Shown here piece after piece: positions 11,447-23,838 of a stretch of 64,000 nt of DNA. Numbering within the stretch: the stretch's first letter is position 1; every line of letters begins with the position of its first letter. The position numbers were made by a program, and so were the translations under genes. The notes below the pieces were generated by a model, which worked only from the letters and a program-made list of their open reading frames with translations, did no database searches and was not told the origin of the DNA. This DNA is from Neoconidiobolus thromboides FSU 785 (taxonomy: Eukaryota; Fungi; Entomophthoromycota): contig MU626375.1 of the NCBI GenBank assembly GCA_025603075.1, forward strand, positions 1,868 to 65,867, written 5' to 3'.

Positions 11447-12877
11447 ATGAGTATTACAACAAATTCTACTACTACAAAGCATAGTGACAATGCCGTAATT
11501 ACCAATGAAACATTGAGTATAAAAAAATTAGTCCGAAAAGTAGATTTAAGATTAATCCCCTTCCTTACCATATTATATATATTCTCTTTCCTTGATAGAG
11601 TGAACATAGGGCATGCACGCTTGTATCAGCTAGAAAAAGATTTGAACTTGGGTCCAAATGAATTTAGTTGGACCTTATCGATCTTTTTTATAGGTTATGT
11701 AGTATTTGAAGTACCATCGAACCTGATGATGAAACGTACTTCACCTGCTATATGGATATCTAGGATTATGATAACCTGGGGCATAATTACAATGTCAATG
11801 GCAGCCTCTTATAATTTTGCTGGCTTAATGGCTTCCCGTTTTTTCTTGGGTTTAGCTGAAGCTGGTTTGTTTCCAGGTATTGTGTTTTATCTATCAAGTT
11901 GGTACACCCGTAAAGAACAAGGAGTACGTATTGCTTCTTTCTTTTCAGCTTCAACTTTCGCTGGCGCATTTGCTGGCTTGATTGCTTATGGGATTGCTTA
12001 CATGAATGGCGTTGGTGGTCTAAAATCTTGGCAGTGGATTTTTATTATTGAAGGCTTTCCAACGGTTATTCTTGGTGTAATCACTTTATTTGTTTTACCA
12101 TCATCACCACAAGATGCCAAATGGCTTAATGAGGAAGAAAAGATTATATTAAGTGAACGCTTGAAAGAAGATCACGTAGAGTTGGAGTCTAAAAAGTTTG
12201 ACAAAAAACAATTTATGGAAGCTATCACTGATTATAAAACTTATCTCTTCATGTTATGCTTCTTTGGTTTTTATGCTCCAGTTTACTCTTTAGCCTTACT
12301 AACCCCAACTATCTTAAGTACTATGGGCTTTTCTATTTTAAACACTTTCTTACTTACTATCCCTCCAAATCTTGTTTGCTGTGTTGTAGCTACCGTAGCA
12401 GGTTGGAATTCTGATAGAACCATGGAGCGCGGGTATCACGTAATTTTTGGGGCAATCATAGGAGTAGCTGGTTTTTTTGTTTTAATTTTTGCTGAAATAT
12501 TAGCTGTTAAATATTTCGGGCTTATTTTAGCCTCTTCTGGTCTTGTTAGTTGTTTACCTCCTTTATTATCTTGGTCAAACAATAATACGATTGGTTCTAC
12601 AAAGTTAGCTACTGTTTCTGCTATGATTATCTCATTCGGAAACATTGGTGGTGCTATCTCTGGTCAATTCTATCGCGCTTATGAAGCTCCATATTATATA
12701 CCTTCCCATGCTACTAACATTGCTTTTGCTTGTATGACTATTATTACAGCAGGGATATTGAAATGGAGATATACGGTTGAAAATCAAAAGTTGGAAGCAA
12801 AAGAAATTGTTATGTCAGAAAAAGAGGAGCCTTTTGATAATAAGATATTGTCTCAAGGATTTAGATATATTCTTTAA
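11447..12877 (+). CDS. MFS transporter, anion:cation symporter (Dal5/Tna1-like) family
   Basis: 476 aa, about 12 TM segments, motifs KVDLRLIP, FLDRVNIG, RFFLGLAEAG, WQWIFIIEG. Confidence 0.92.
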   Translation: MSITTNSTTTKHSDNAVITNETLSIKKLVRKVDLRLIPFLTILYIFSFLDRVNIGHARLYQLEKDLNLGPNEFSWTLSIFFIGYVVFEVPSNLMMKRTSPAIWISRIMITWGIITMSMAASYNFAGLMASRFFLGLAEAGLFPGIVFYLSSWYTRKEQGVRIASFFSASTFAGAFAGLIAYGIAYMNGVGGLKSWQWIFIIEGFPTVILGVITLFVLPSSPQDAKWLNEEEKIILSERLKEDHVELESKKFDKKQFMEAITDYKTYLFMLCFFGFYAPVYSLALLTPTILSTMGFSILNTFLLTIPPNLVCCVVATVAGWNSDRTMERGYHVIFGAIIGVAGFFVLIFAEILAVKYFGLILASSGLVSCLPPLLSWSNNNTIGSTKLATVSAMIISFGNIGGAISGQFYRAYEAPYYIPSHATNIAFACMTIITAGILKWRYTVENQKLEAKEIVMSEKEEPFDNKILSQGFRYIL

Positions 12878-13209
12878 TTGTTATTTAGATAAAGTTAATA
12901 AATGCTATGATAAATATTTTACTTTGATGATTGCTTTGAAAAAATACTGTGTATAGTTTATTAAACTCAAGGCAAAACTAACTTAGACTATATTAATAAA
13001 AAAAAACTACAATTAAAACAAACAGACACAAGGTTCGCAATTTTTGAGATTTACAACTCTTTTGTTATAAAAGCAGTAAAATATCAACTATATAGCATTT
13101 TTATATTTTTTATATATTAGAATTTTCTACTGTTTTTATTCTTTTAATGATTATTTAAGCTAATTTATTTAAAACAGAGTATAATGATATTTTATCTTTT
13201 TAAAGATTA

Positions 13210-13980
13210 TGAAGGAGCTTCAAAATTTTTAAGTGTTTTATTGCTAGCGGTAAGCTACGTTGGCCTTAATTTGAATGAAGAAGAGACTAATTAAGGAGTA
13301 AAAGGGGCAAGGTAAGGACAGAATTAAGGAAAAGGAGGAACTTTAAATAGTTCTAATTTATGGCTTTTGATTTTAGTAGCTTTTACTATATTCCTAATAA
13401 TCCATGCTTTTACAATTCAATCCGAGTGTGAAAAATTGTAGTGGAAACAAAAGCTTAGGTGTTAGGTTATAGATGGTTTTTTGAAGGTACTACAGATTGT
13501 CTAAAAACCTATAGTCATGATGAAAGCTTAAGATAATAGAGAAAACAATGGAAAGGTGAGAGGGAATTGATCTAGATCTTTGGAAGGAACTGAAAACTTC
13601 ACTTTGGATTGGTGCGGATAGAATAAAATTTTGAATCAAAAGTCCTGTATAGGAATACAAGAAATAAATCAGTAGCCAATTTTCCCCCCCTTAAAAGAAG
13701 CGATACTCTTTCTGAGAATCAGGGACAGTGTGAGTTAAGTAGGCTTAAGTTTTGAAGGTTTTTGACTTCAATCTCCAAAAATAGGAGACTGTTTGGGGTT
13801 AAGATATTTAATAATACTAATGAACAAAAGCTCCAAGTCAGAAAGGTTTTTGAAGGGAGAATATGTGAGCAGAAAATTTCAACAAATATTACTGGGAGCT
13901 TTTCAACAAGTTATTTAAATTAGAAATAGTAAATGAACCTTTAATAATGAGGCGTTAACTTATGGGGAGGGCACTGAATA
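13210..13980 (-). mobile_element. Probable degraded non-LTR retrotransposon (LINE) 3' fragment
   Basis: Stop-riddled minus-strand frame with HLSFCFHY followed by D*IVKAWIIRN, reminiscent of the C-terminal zinc-binding/W-x-x-RN region of LINE ORF2; weak. Confidence 0.3.
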
Positions 13981-14100
13981 AAGGCATATATTTCGTCTAA
14001 TTTGATATGATAGCATATATATATTTAATTACAAACGCTTGGGTATAGGTACGATCATATAGTTAATATTGAATCATATAGTAGCAAAAATAAATGTTAT

Positions 14101-14201
14101 ATATGGGGATGTACCTTTCGTTTAAGAATTTACTCAGTCTTTTTACTCAAATAGCGTTTAAAAAAATGGAAAAAGTGATGAAATCAAAAAAATTCTCATA
14201 T
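14101..14201 (+). mobile_element. MITE copy
   Basis: ATATGGGGATGTACC...AAAATTCTCATAT. Confidence 0.85.
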
Positions 14202-14691
14202 AGACAGGTTTAAAAACTTGATTAAAATTAAAGCACAATTAAAAAATAATAATGAATAATAAATTTTATAAAAAAAGATATAAAGTGAAAGCAGCAAATA
14301 ATAAAATTTATGATGTTATTTAATAGTTATGCCGTAGAAAAGTCTAGGTTAGTGTTGGAGGTAAACAAATGTTTTGTTTTAAAACAAAAAGAGTTTACTT
14401 TATATCCTTACATGGACAACGCTAATATTCTAGATATAAAGTTTTAGCACATGTTATGTATATTTCAGTTTAATAAACCCATCTTCAAAAGAGTTAGAGT
14501 TCATCAGTTACTAGATACCAGAACAATTGTTTCCCATCATAGTTTATTTTAATAAGAATTTGAATAGTAGTAATTAATTAGACATAACCACAGTAAATTT
14601 AAGATGAATAAAGTAATATGATAAAGACGTTTCATTTCATAAAGAATGTAAAAAGAGAAATAAAACAATAGTAAAATAGTATTTTTTTAAA

Positions 14692-15180
14692 ATGAAATTA
14701 TCAAGTATTACTGCTGTCGCCTTAGTTTGTTTGGTGTAAATCACTGTCAAAGTAATTATTGAAATGAAATCGTAAAGGAATTAAATAGAAAGAGATAAAA
14801 TTGGCTTATATCCAATTAAAGTTAGTATAAAGTTAGCCAAATTAGGTGAGGTACATGTTAATGATTTATTAAAATATGAAAAATTCAACCTAGAACTATA
14901 TGGCTGACCTTCTGTTTTTCCATGCAAGGTAGGTCAGGGCTTTAAATGTATGTATGATAAACTTCGTCAACTCACTGTGAATCCTAACAATGGGTTCGAG
15001 GTTTCTTTCTTAAGAGTAATAAAGCCTAAGAATTTGATATGTGGTTGGTTAACTTCAAAGCCACACAATGAAGTGCTTTTGAATCAAGGACCGTGAAAGA
15101 ATATGAAATGAAAGGGGTTTGGTGCAGATAAGCAAGTAAATATGTTGTTATGTGGTTTGGTGAAAACCCAGATGATAGCT
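14692..15180 (+). pseudogene. Decayed gene for a secreted protein (family not recognised)
   Basis: Signal-peptide-like MKLSSITAVALVCLV followed by a coding-like frame with many in-frame stops. Confidence 0.35.
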
Positions 15181-15969
15181 AAGGAATCTTTTAATTGCTA
15201 TTTGTTTTATTAGTTTAATAACTGATACTTTTGAAACAAACTTTTCTCATAGACTTTTTAAATATATCTATTAATTTAATATACTAATATTATGTATTTT
15301 ATTAAGAAGCTATTATCTCATAATCCTTTTATGACAATTAGTTAATGGGTACTAATTTAAGTGTATCGGTTTTGGTATATTTTTTGAATGATTTTTTTGG
15401 TTATAAAAATGCGTTTTGTGATTGTAACTGAATGACTAGATAAAAAAAGGCAGAAAATCTTTATAGTACTCTTTGCTGCTATAATTCTTTATTTCTTTCA
15501 AATTACTAATATAAAAACCGCCAGAATTTGAAATGCCACATGCCTCAATCTATCTTACTTCTAACGTCAGAGTCTCAGTTACTCACCATTAAATAAAATA
15601 TAGTAGTAGTATTTCGAGGTGTCTCTTTATTTGATAATAATCATATTCAAATTTGTTGCCTTCTACAGTAGCAATGGCAGGTTAAAAAGTGCACCGAAAT
15701 CAGTACAGTCAGATTTTTGAAAGCCCACCCAAACAAACCACTTTTTCAAGAAGTCAAAACAGCCAATTGCTCTTAAATTGATTAAGGGGGATGGTGAGAT
15801 GTTGTGTTATACACTGGTTTTGAAAAAATCGAACCAATAGTTTATGAGCTATGGTAATATTCTACTGTACCGATTTTAGTATAGTTGGAGCATACAGTAT
15901 CAATTAAAAATAAAAATAAAAATAGGAGCATTCTTTAATGATAAATAGTAATAGCAGGTTATATTAAAT

Positions 15970-16680
15970 AATAGCGACACATTATTCAACTACAACATAT
16001 GATATAGAATATGATAAAAACAGCTATTGGAAACAATTGGCCCCCTAAATTAGTGAACAGCTTAAATGATGTTATGGTGTAGCTATAGATGTAAGTTTAT
16101 TTTTGGATTATTGGGCTATAAATCCAAGAAGTTAGGTCAAATATCCTATTAATTGACATCGGTGCAGTCTATTATTTCCTTTAAATTCATAGATAATGTA
16201 TCTGTCTTTGTTTTAGTCTTTTTTACTTATTTGTCTTTTTCTATCTTTATTCCTACAATTATTTGTAAACTAGATTACTTATCCGATATAATCCTATTTT
16301 CTATAGCTAGTTGTTTCTTATTCTCTTCAGGCTATATGACCACAGATGTTGTTATCAGTTGCTTATTTAAACTAATAAATAGAAGTGAAAATCTGTTTTC
16401 TTATCTCATAGTATTTCTACTATTAATCATTGTTTCATTTACAACAACTTGCTTAATGTTTATTCAAATTAGTCCTAATCCTATTCAAATCAGAATGTTT
16501 ACCATTTTGGTTAACCACTATTACAAACTAAGATATGGGGATGTATTTATATTTAAGAATTTTCTAACAAATTTTCCGCTCAAATAGCGCTTAAAAGAAA
16601 AAGTAATGAGGCCAAAAAAAACAACCCCATATATTATATGTTAAAGGTTGACACATGTTAGCTTTTATAATAGACAATAA
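15970..16680 (+). pseudogene. Pseudogene paralog of the membrane protein at 17508..18369, interrupted by a MITE
   Basis: Colinear similarity (ISEQLK*, GLLGYK, LSDII, FIQI.PNPIQI.MFT), with stops, a frameshift and a MITE at 16533. Confidence 0.8.
16533..16632 (+). mobile_element. MITE copy inserted in coding sequence
   Basis: ATATGGGGATGT...ACAACCCCATAT. Confidence 0.92.
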
Positions 16681-17507
16681 AATACTTTTTATTTTTTTAA
16701 TAAAAATTAATAAAAATTGTGGCTTTAATTTCCAAAAAAAACTTAAATAGCCTAATATTCTATTTGATTAGATAAACAAATGTTTAAAGTATTTACACAT
16801 TATCTATTATAATTGGAAGTTGGTAACCTTTGATTTCTAGAACACAAAATTGAACTCGCTAAATTGAACAATAAATACTACAAAACTCTTGAATTTTCTA
16901 AAAAAAATTTGAGCTGTATAAAATTAGAATTTTAATTGGAGAGATTCAAATACTTTATTATAATATATAAATAAAAAAAAAAAATCAACTTATCGATGTG
17001 ATTTATTTCTATATCGGAGCTTTATATTTATTACCTTTTCTAAGCTTATTAATTTTTATATATCTTAATAAAATTTTAGAAACATTGTAAATAATTTTAA
17101 AATGTATTATCAAATTCCTTCGTATCAAAAGTAGCATTGAAATCTCTGCGAACAAAAGATGTTGAGAGCTTCTACTTAAATGGCCAGTTGTCTATCTTCT
17201 TCTTTTACAATTTTAACTATTTAGTAAACCACATGAGGGTTTTGTCCCTTTCAAGAATTTTAAAAAAAGTAGAATTAAATTATTCAAATATTCTATATTT
17301 ACCCTCTTAATATGATATATTACAATGCTATTTCGAAAGTGTAGGAGCAATAATTAAAAAACAACACCCAATTTGACTATTAAAAAATTTAAACAAAATT
17401 AATAAATTATCCAATAGTAAATGATGACAACAAAGTAGATTAAATAATAATACTTGGCATGCCAAACACAAAATCTAAGATAAGGTTCCAAAAAATTGTT
17501 TTTCATT

Positions 17508-18369
17508 ATGCTTACATTTTATGGATTTTTAAACTTGGTATTACAATGTCATTTCAGGTTGTTGAAGGATTTAGCAGGTGATATTATTTAGTATTAATTT
17601 ATCTATTTTAAACTATTAAATAGAAGAATACGCTATTGGACTAATATTCATAGGAATAAGTACAACACTAATAGGGCTGGTTTTTTTACTGTTAAATGAA
17701 GAAGCCATAAGATATGTCTATTTTTTAAGCGGGTTCCTATTTATAACGCCATTTTCATTAGTACTTGTAATACTGTCATTTCATTTGACTATAGAATACA
17801 GTCCAGAACTCGATAAAGGGGATTCTGTAAAGTACCTAACTCCTTTAATTAGCAAACAGCTCAAATGGTATTATAGTATAAATGTAGGTATAAGTTTATT
17901 TCTGGGATTCTTGGGTTATAAATACAGGAGATTAGGCAGAGTATCCTATTCATTAGTATTATTGCAGCTTATTGTTTTTTATACGCTATCAAGGAATACT
18001 TCTACTTTAATTCTAGTCCTTATCATTATCTTTTTTTCCATCTCTATCCCTATTATAATTTATAAACTAAATCGCTTATCGGATATAATCATATCTTCCA
18101 TTACTGGTGGGCTCTTTTTCTCGTCAGGTTATTTAGTTACATATGCTGGTATCGTAAATACCTTTAAGCCATTAAATTATGGTTATAACATGATTTCTTA
18201 TTTCTTAACACTTGTAGTATTGACTATTATTCCGTTTACAACAGCTCACTTAATATTTATTCAAATTGGTCCTAATCCTATTCAAATCAAAATGTTTACT
18301 CTACTACTTACCTTTTATTATAAAATAAGGTACAAAGTTCGGCAAAAATTGACTCGTTTTAATTTGTAA
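17508..18369 (+). CDS. Multi-pass membrane protein, possibly DUF4203/TMEM198-like; exons 17508-17577 and 17624-18369
   Basis: GT-AG intron 17578-17623 joins MLTFYGFLNLVLQCHFRLLKDLA in frame to an open frame continuous with the 17785 ORF; many hydrophobic segments. Confidence 0.7.
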
Positions 18370-19416
18370 TGAGTAATGAATTGAATTTACTAATTTTTTA
18401 AATAAAGTAACAGGCTCATTTATTTTTTAGTTTTATAGTTTGTATAATGATTAAAGGAGAAGGTTTATTCTAAAAAATCATTTGAAAGATGTATGAATCT
18501 GTTTGATTGGCTAAAAATGTGCAACATATAATTGACAATTTAGCCTACACAAAATTTACTGCTTTTAGTTTAGCATAATAAACCGAACTTAACTGTAAAG
18601 AATATGACAGTGCATATACAAAATATTGATATCCTCAAGTCACTCATAATACAATAGGTTAATAAAATAATGTAAAAATATTCTAAGTGGTTTAAAAGAT
18701 CATCATAGGGCTCAGGTTGTTAAATACTATTAAAATATCATGAATGGTGAATTTATTATTATTGGAAAACTAATACTGCTAAAATATTTTCAATGAAGTG
18801 CGTTAAACACTAGTTTTCTTATTAAATATTGGAAGAGTTTATGTTCTAAAGTGGTCTAATAGCAAATTTAGAAATTAGAGAAGAGGTTTAACAAGTAAGG
18901 TTTTATTGCCCACTATAGTTTTTGGGTAGGAATGTCTTAGTGAATTCAAACTCACTGCTCTATGGTATCTTTTATCACATGTAAGAGAGTTTTTGAGCTA
19001 TAGATATGAAGGAAGCTATATAATAAAGGTGAAGAGAGACAAAGTTTATGATTTGCATTGATTTGTGTTAATGCACTGTACCAAACTTAAATTATAGTCA
19101 TTTATCTGTAGAAAACATTTGAACTTTATATTTTAAATAATAGTCTGGATTTTACAAACAATGATAGCTTAGTTGTTATTTTTAGCGATATCCTGCGTTG
19201 AAATAAAAATTAATACAGTATATATAGCATAGTATAATATAATATTTGTAGCTAAGCAGTATGTAAATATTAAAAAGTAGTATATAAAACAAAAAAATGT
19301 AGAAAGCATAGATAATAGTCAGTTTAAAAGCTGTTATAGTAAAAAGTTTAGTACAAAACATTAAATCTTTAAAAAAAAGAGGAATCAAACATAACTATCT
19401 TTTTATCGTTCCACTA

Positions 19417-21148
19417 TTATCTTTTAAAATTTCTGCTATTGTTTCAGTCATTTTTATATTAAGCTAACTAATTTTCAAGATAAATGGGGATTTGAGCGAA
19501 GACATCAAAAGTTGCTTTTCTTTTTAAAGGTATTCCGTTGAGTATTTACTATCTCCTCGGTACCGTATTATGAAAACCAAACAGGTAGAAAAAGGTGGAT
19601 AATCAAGGCCAAGTGTATATTTATGCGAAGCTATAGCAATAATACCAGTTAATAAATAATGTTTTATTATTATAGCATTGATATAATTTTGTACACTTGT
19701 ATTAATGTTTTTATCAAACATATATTCTTCATATTTATAAGCCTTTTTTCATTCGATGCATAAAAGTGAATTGAATAAACATAAAAATTAATGTGGAGAT
19801 AAAAATAAATAAAGCAATTTTGATGATTTTTGATAGTTGCTTTCAAATCACAATTTTTCACTTTTAGTAAAATACTATTCATAATATCAGAATATTTTTC
19901 TTTAACTGCAAACGTTTTGGATATGATTTCCTTTAAAACATTACTAAATTTAGATTGATCTTCGACTCCCATTGTCTTCTCTTCAATTAAACGTAAGCTT
20001 AAAGAAATTATACTTAATATGTGATAAAATTTCTGTACTTTTAAAAAACAATATTGTTGAGCTGCTTTTTCATCTATATTTAAACTAACCCAAGCATAAC
20101 TAAATTTGCTCATAAAATATCTGTTCAGTCTCTTCAGTTCTAATGGAAATAGAGGTTCAGCAAGTCATAATCCAAAATTTAATGAGATTCCATTGTAAAA
20201 AGTATTTAATTTACAATGAGTGTAAACTTGCTCAGTGTTAATCTCTTTAGAAAGCTTCTTTAGTGATTGACTTAACCTTACTATAGACGATATTATGTAA
20301 CAATGAAATAAAAGAAGCCCTTTGTTGCTAGAAATCCATGGGAAATGTAGAATTCCAGTTATTAATATAAATATTGTTTGTACATTTCCTAAATTGCGTT
20401 AAATTTTAGAAACATTCAAGATAAAATTATAAAGCTTTTCTTTAAGTTATTTAATCGAATTTTTTACAACTTCTGTTTGTTCCATACGCAAAAAAAACAT
20501 TTAAAAATACTGCTAATTTAAAAGTAAAGGGTGCGAAGCAAAGGTAAACTTTGTTCCATAAAATAAAGGAAATTCTATATTAACAAATTTAAATTAATAC
20601 CTACTTGTTTTAAAATAGGTCCAATATCAAGGGTGGGCTCATTTAGTGTTTTAAATACAAAGGGCAATTTTTTACGATTAGAAGTTATCAAAGCCAATTT
20701 ATGTGTAAACATAATGGATAGGTTTAGGCTTTTACTAAGAAAACATGGTGATAAGTTTTGAAAAAAGTTAAGAAGTTCTCTAATATTGACTTCCTTTGAA
20801 CTTTACTAAAAATCACAAGGGCATTATGTGGGAAATTGGAATCCTTTGGTAATTTTAATAGTTGATATTTGATCATTTTAGATTGTGAGTGTTTTGATCT
20901 ACTTTTTTATTCTACAAAAACAGAATCAACATTTAAGCTGACTTTAGATTTAATTGTTACTTTTCCTGATTCGTATTCGCTGTGTCCTTTTTTGTTGCAT
21001 TTAAACTCTGTTTTTAAAGTATATTCTATATATTTCTTTATGCATATCATACTTTTTGATAGTAGTCTACCACATTTAAAATGCTTTAAAAATATTAATT
21101 ACATCTGTATTCTCTTTTATCCAATTTTGATATACTTTGTCGTTCGAT
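19417..21148 (-). pseudogene. Full-length Zn(II)2Cys6 pseudogene (subfamily of 48696 and 55050)
   Basis: Degenerate cluster KREYRCN*YF*KHFKCGRLLSKSMICIKKYIEYTL; C-terminal SHKYTLGLDYP..STCLVFIIRY; start codon position reads ATC. ORFs 19524..19721 and 19670..20113 are fragments of it. Confidence 0.9.
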
Positions 21149-21296
21149 AAATTCAAAAGGATTAAAACATTAATTGCAGCTCATTATATAGCACCATAAA
21201 GGATTCAAAAAACCCTTTTTTAAAATTCAACTAAAAAGTAAAGTAAGAATACAAGATCAAATTGTTATAATTTTCCTAATAAATTTGGTCAAACAA

Positions 21297-21399
21297 GTAG
21301 TGATGTTTTTTTGTTTCATTACTTTTTCCATCTTTTAAGCGCTATTTGAGTGGAAAAATTGTTAGTAAAATTCTTAAATACAAAAATACATCCCCAAAT
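21297..21399 (-). mobile_element. MITE copy
   Basis: ...TTTTTCCATCTTTTAAGCGCTATTTGAGTGG...AATACATCCCCA. Confidence 0.88.
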
Positions 21400-22989
21400 G
21401 GTGCTTTAATAATCCGATTTGTTAAAATTTACACTCCTGACTAAAACTGTTGCTATTCTAGTATTTACAGCAGCTCAAGCGATATCAAACAAATATGTTA
21501 ACTCATATAATATAACAAACCCAGGCTTTAAGCTATTTATTAAGATATTATTGAAATTGTATTAAAATCATATTAAGTGAACCTTAAAATGTTGTAGGTA
21601 GAGTGATATTTACAATTATTCATATTAAAGCTTATAGTTTTTTTTTGAAATGAGCGGTGAAAATAAAAACAACAGTATCACTATTAAATAAGTAGTAGGG
21701 TCAATTCATCAAAAAAATTCATTTGAGCCTAAAATTGTGACAACTATTAACACTGTAGAAAAAGATAGTTGTTCCCCAAAGTGGCATAATAAACATACAT
21801 GCTGAAGCGTTTAAACTATTTAAAAGGATTAGCGGTGTCTTATACTACAGAGTTAATAAAGAGGAGCAACATGGCTGTTTAGGATATTGTAATTTAAATT
21901 TGCTGTATAATAATTTAAAGGGGATATCTATCTTAGTTAAAGTTTATATAGTTGATGTCGTTAATCCTTGGTTTAATGATAGTTAGCGTATTTATGTATG
22001 ACTGAGGAGAAATCAAGGTGGTAATAAAAATTTGTTTTTTGGATACTCTTAATTGAAGTGTTAATGATAAATCAAGACAAAGCTTATATCAAAACCTCTA
22101 GAAACTTAATGTTACGAGTTAACATGAAGCACATATAAATCGAGTTTAAATATGAGTAAAACAAAAACCTAAAAGTGTAGCATTTAAGAGTTTTGAATTC
22201 TTGACTTAAACTGTTGTAACATCATATTATTCTTTTGCAATTTTAGTTCCTTGTGACTTTGGATTTGATTTAATATAGTTTCCCTTATCTATTTCAAATC
22301 TTATCATGAACTTTCATATCTATTTGAATTATGTATCTTACTTACTTGTGATAAAAAAAAGCTAAATAAAAATCTTTTTTGAAATCTATTATATCCTATA
22401 TTTCTTTACTTGAAGTTCCTGTCTTCCATTACTTTCATGGCAATTTTTGATTATGTAATAAACTCCCCTGTAATCCCCTAATATAAAATATAAAATCGAT
22501 ATTGATAGTAATTTAATTAAGGCAATAATAACATGTTCAAGTAAAAAGCTTTAATTCAGGTCAAAAATTATAAGTATAGGTGAGTTTTTTAATGATAATG
22601 TATTTTGATTTAATCTTATATCTAGAGAAAATATCACTATTTAGAAAGTCCAAATTACAAGTCGATTGATAACAATGTAGATTATGAATTGTATGATTTG
22701 TTGTTGAAGGTTTCTCTTACATCATTTTATATTAGAAATTTGGAGTCTCGTTTGATTGTTTCATCTTATATTGGTAAATTAGAATCTTTATTAGAGAATA
22801 TTATTGATTCTATCAGTAGCCTTAAAATAATTTTACTAGATACCATATCATATATATCAATTAAACGATACGCTTTATAATGAATCTATATTAGTTATAT
22901 ATTCTAGGTTATTTACTTCTCTAAAGTCTGAATTTAGTTATGTAGTTACCAAAAGCCTTATATTTGATGTTTTTTAATTCAAAGGCATC

Positions 22990-23480
22990 ACAGGTATTGT
23001 GTTATTCAATTCCTAGTAAAAATTAAGTCAGGTATCCATAGAAGTAGGTGGGAAACCAAATAATGAGCTGTCCTTAAGAGGATTAAGGAATGAGTTCACA
23101 ATCTGGGTATCAGCACTGTTGAAAAGTTGAGATAAAAGAGGTTTGGATAATCGGCTCCAGGGTAAGATAAAGAGGGTGATAGTTAGCTTTAACTCTAAGA
23201 AATTCGAGGTTTTTTATCCTGAATAAAGTGAGGTCAGAGGCGTAGATTTGGAATATGAAGATTAGTTTCAAGTGATCAGAAGCAGCAGACAAAATAGTTG
23301 AAAAGATTGTGGTGAAATAGATTGAAGGAAGGGTTTGCTTTCAAAAGATAGTTAAAATGCTAGGAAAGTCGACCAGCTTTTCAGAATAAGGAAGAGTCAA
23401 ATAAAAGGAAGAGACCCAAGCATCATACCATAGCTTGGAAGGATTGGAGAGAAAAGTCTTCTTTTTCTTATTATTTGATG
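22990..23480 (-). mobile_element. Possible degraded LINE-like coding relic
   Basis: Long interrupted minus-strand frame (KLWYDAW, TAHYL, IFTRN); composition resembles 13210..13980; weak. Confidence 0.25.
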
Positions 23481-23652
23481 TTTATTTTAAGTTATTTTCA
23501 ATCCTTTTAAAATCAACTAATTTGTAAGATATTATGATATTATGGAATAGACTTTATTTAAATATGTGGATGCTTTGTGAATAAATCCACTTATTTTACA
23601 AAAAAGCAATATTTTAATTAAAATATTGTAGTATAATTCTAGAATTTTTATT

Positions 23653-23759
23653 ATATGGGGATGTATTTTTATGTTTAAGAACTTTACTAACAAATTTTCC
23701 GCTCAAATAGCACTTAAAAGATAGAAAAAGTAATGAGACCAAAAAAAACACCTCCATAT
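23653..23759 (+). mobile_element. MITE copy
   Basis: ATATGGGGATGTATTTTT...AAAACACCTCCATAT. Confidence 0.92.
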
Positions 23760-23838
23760 GAAGAATAGATAAAATAGATTATTTAAGAAAAAGTTAAACA
23801 AGGCCATTAATCATTTATTTTAATTATTAGTTATAATA

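Noticed and set aside
16575-16595. CpG decay in the MITE core AGCGC as proof of CpG methylation
   Set aside because: By my count the CpG is altered in about 9 of 24 copies over two positions, but the neighbouring non-CpG C changes in about 6, so there is no clear excess without a formal test
20869-21150. 93-aa + strand ORF
   Set aside because: Antisense to the Zn-cluster pseudogene
21400-21880. Minus-strand hydrophobic relic as a third copy of the 17508 membrane protein
   Set aside because: It looks like decayed membrane-protein coding sequence, but I could not align it convincingly
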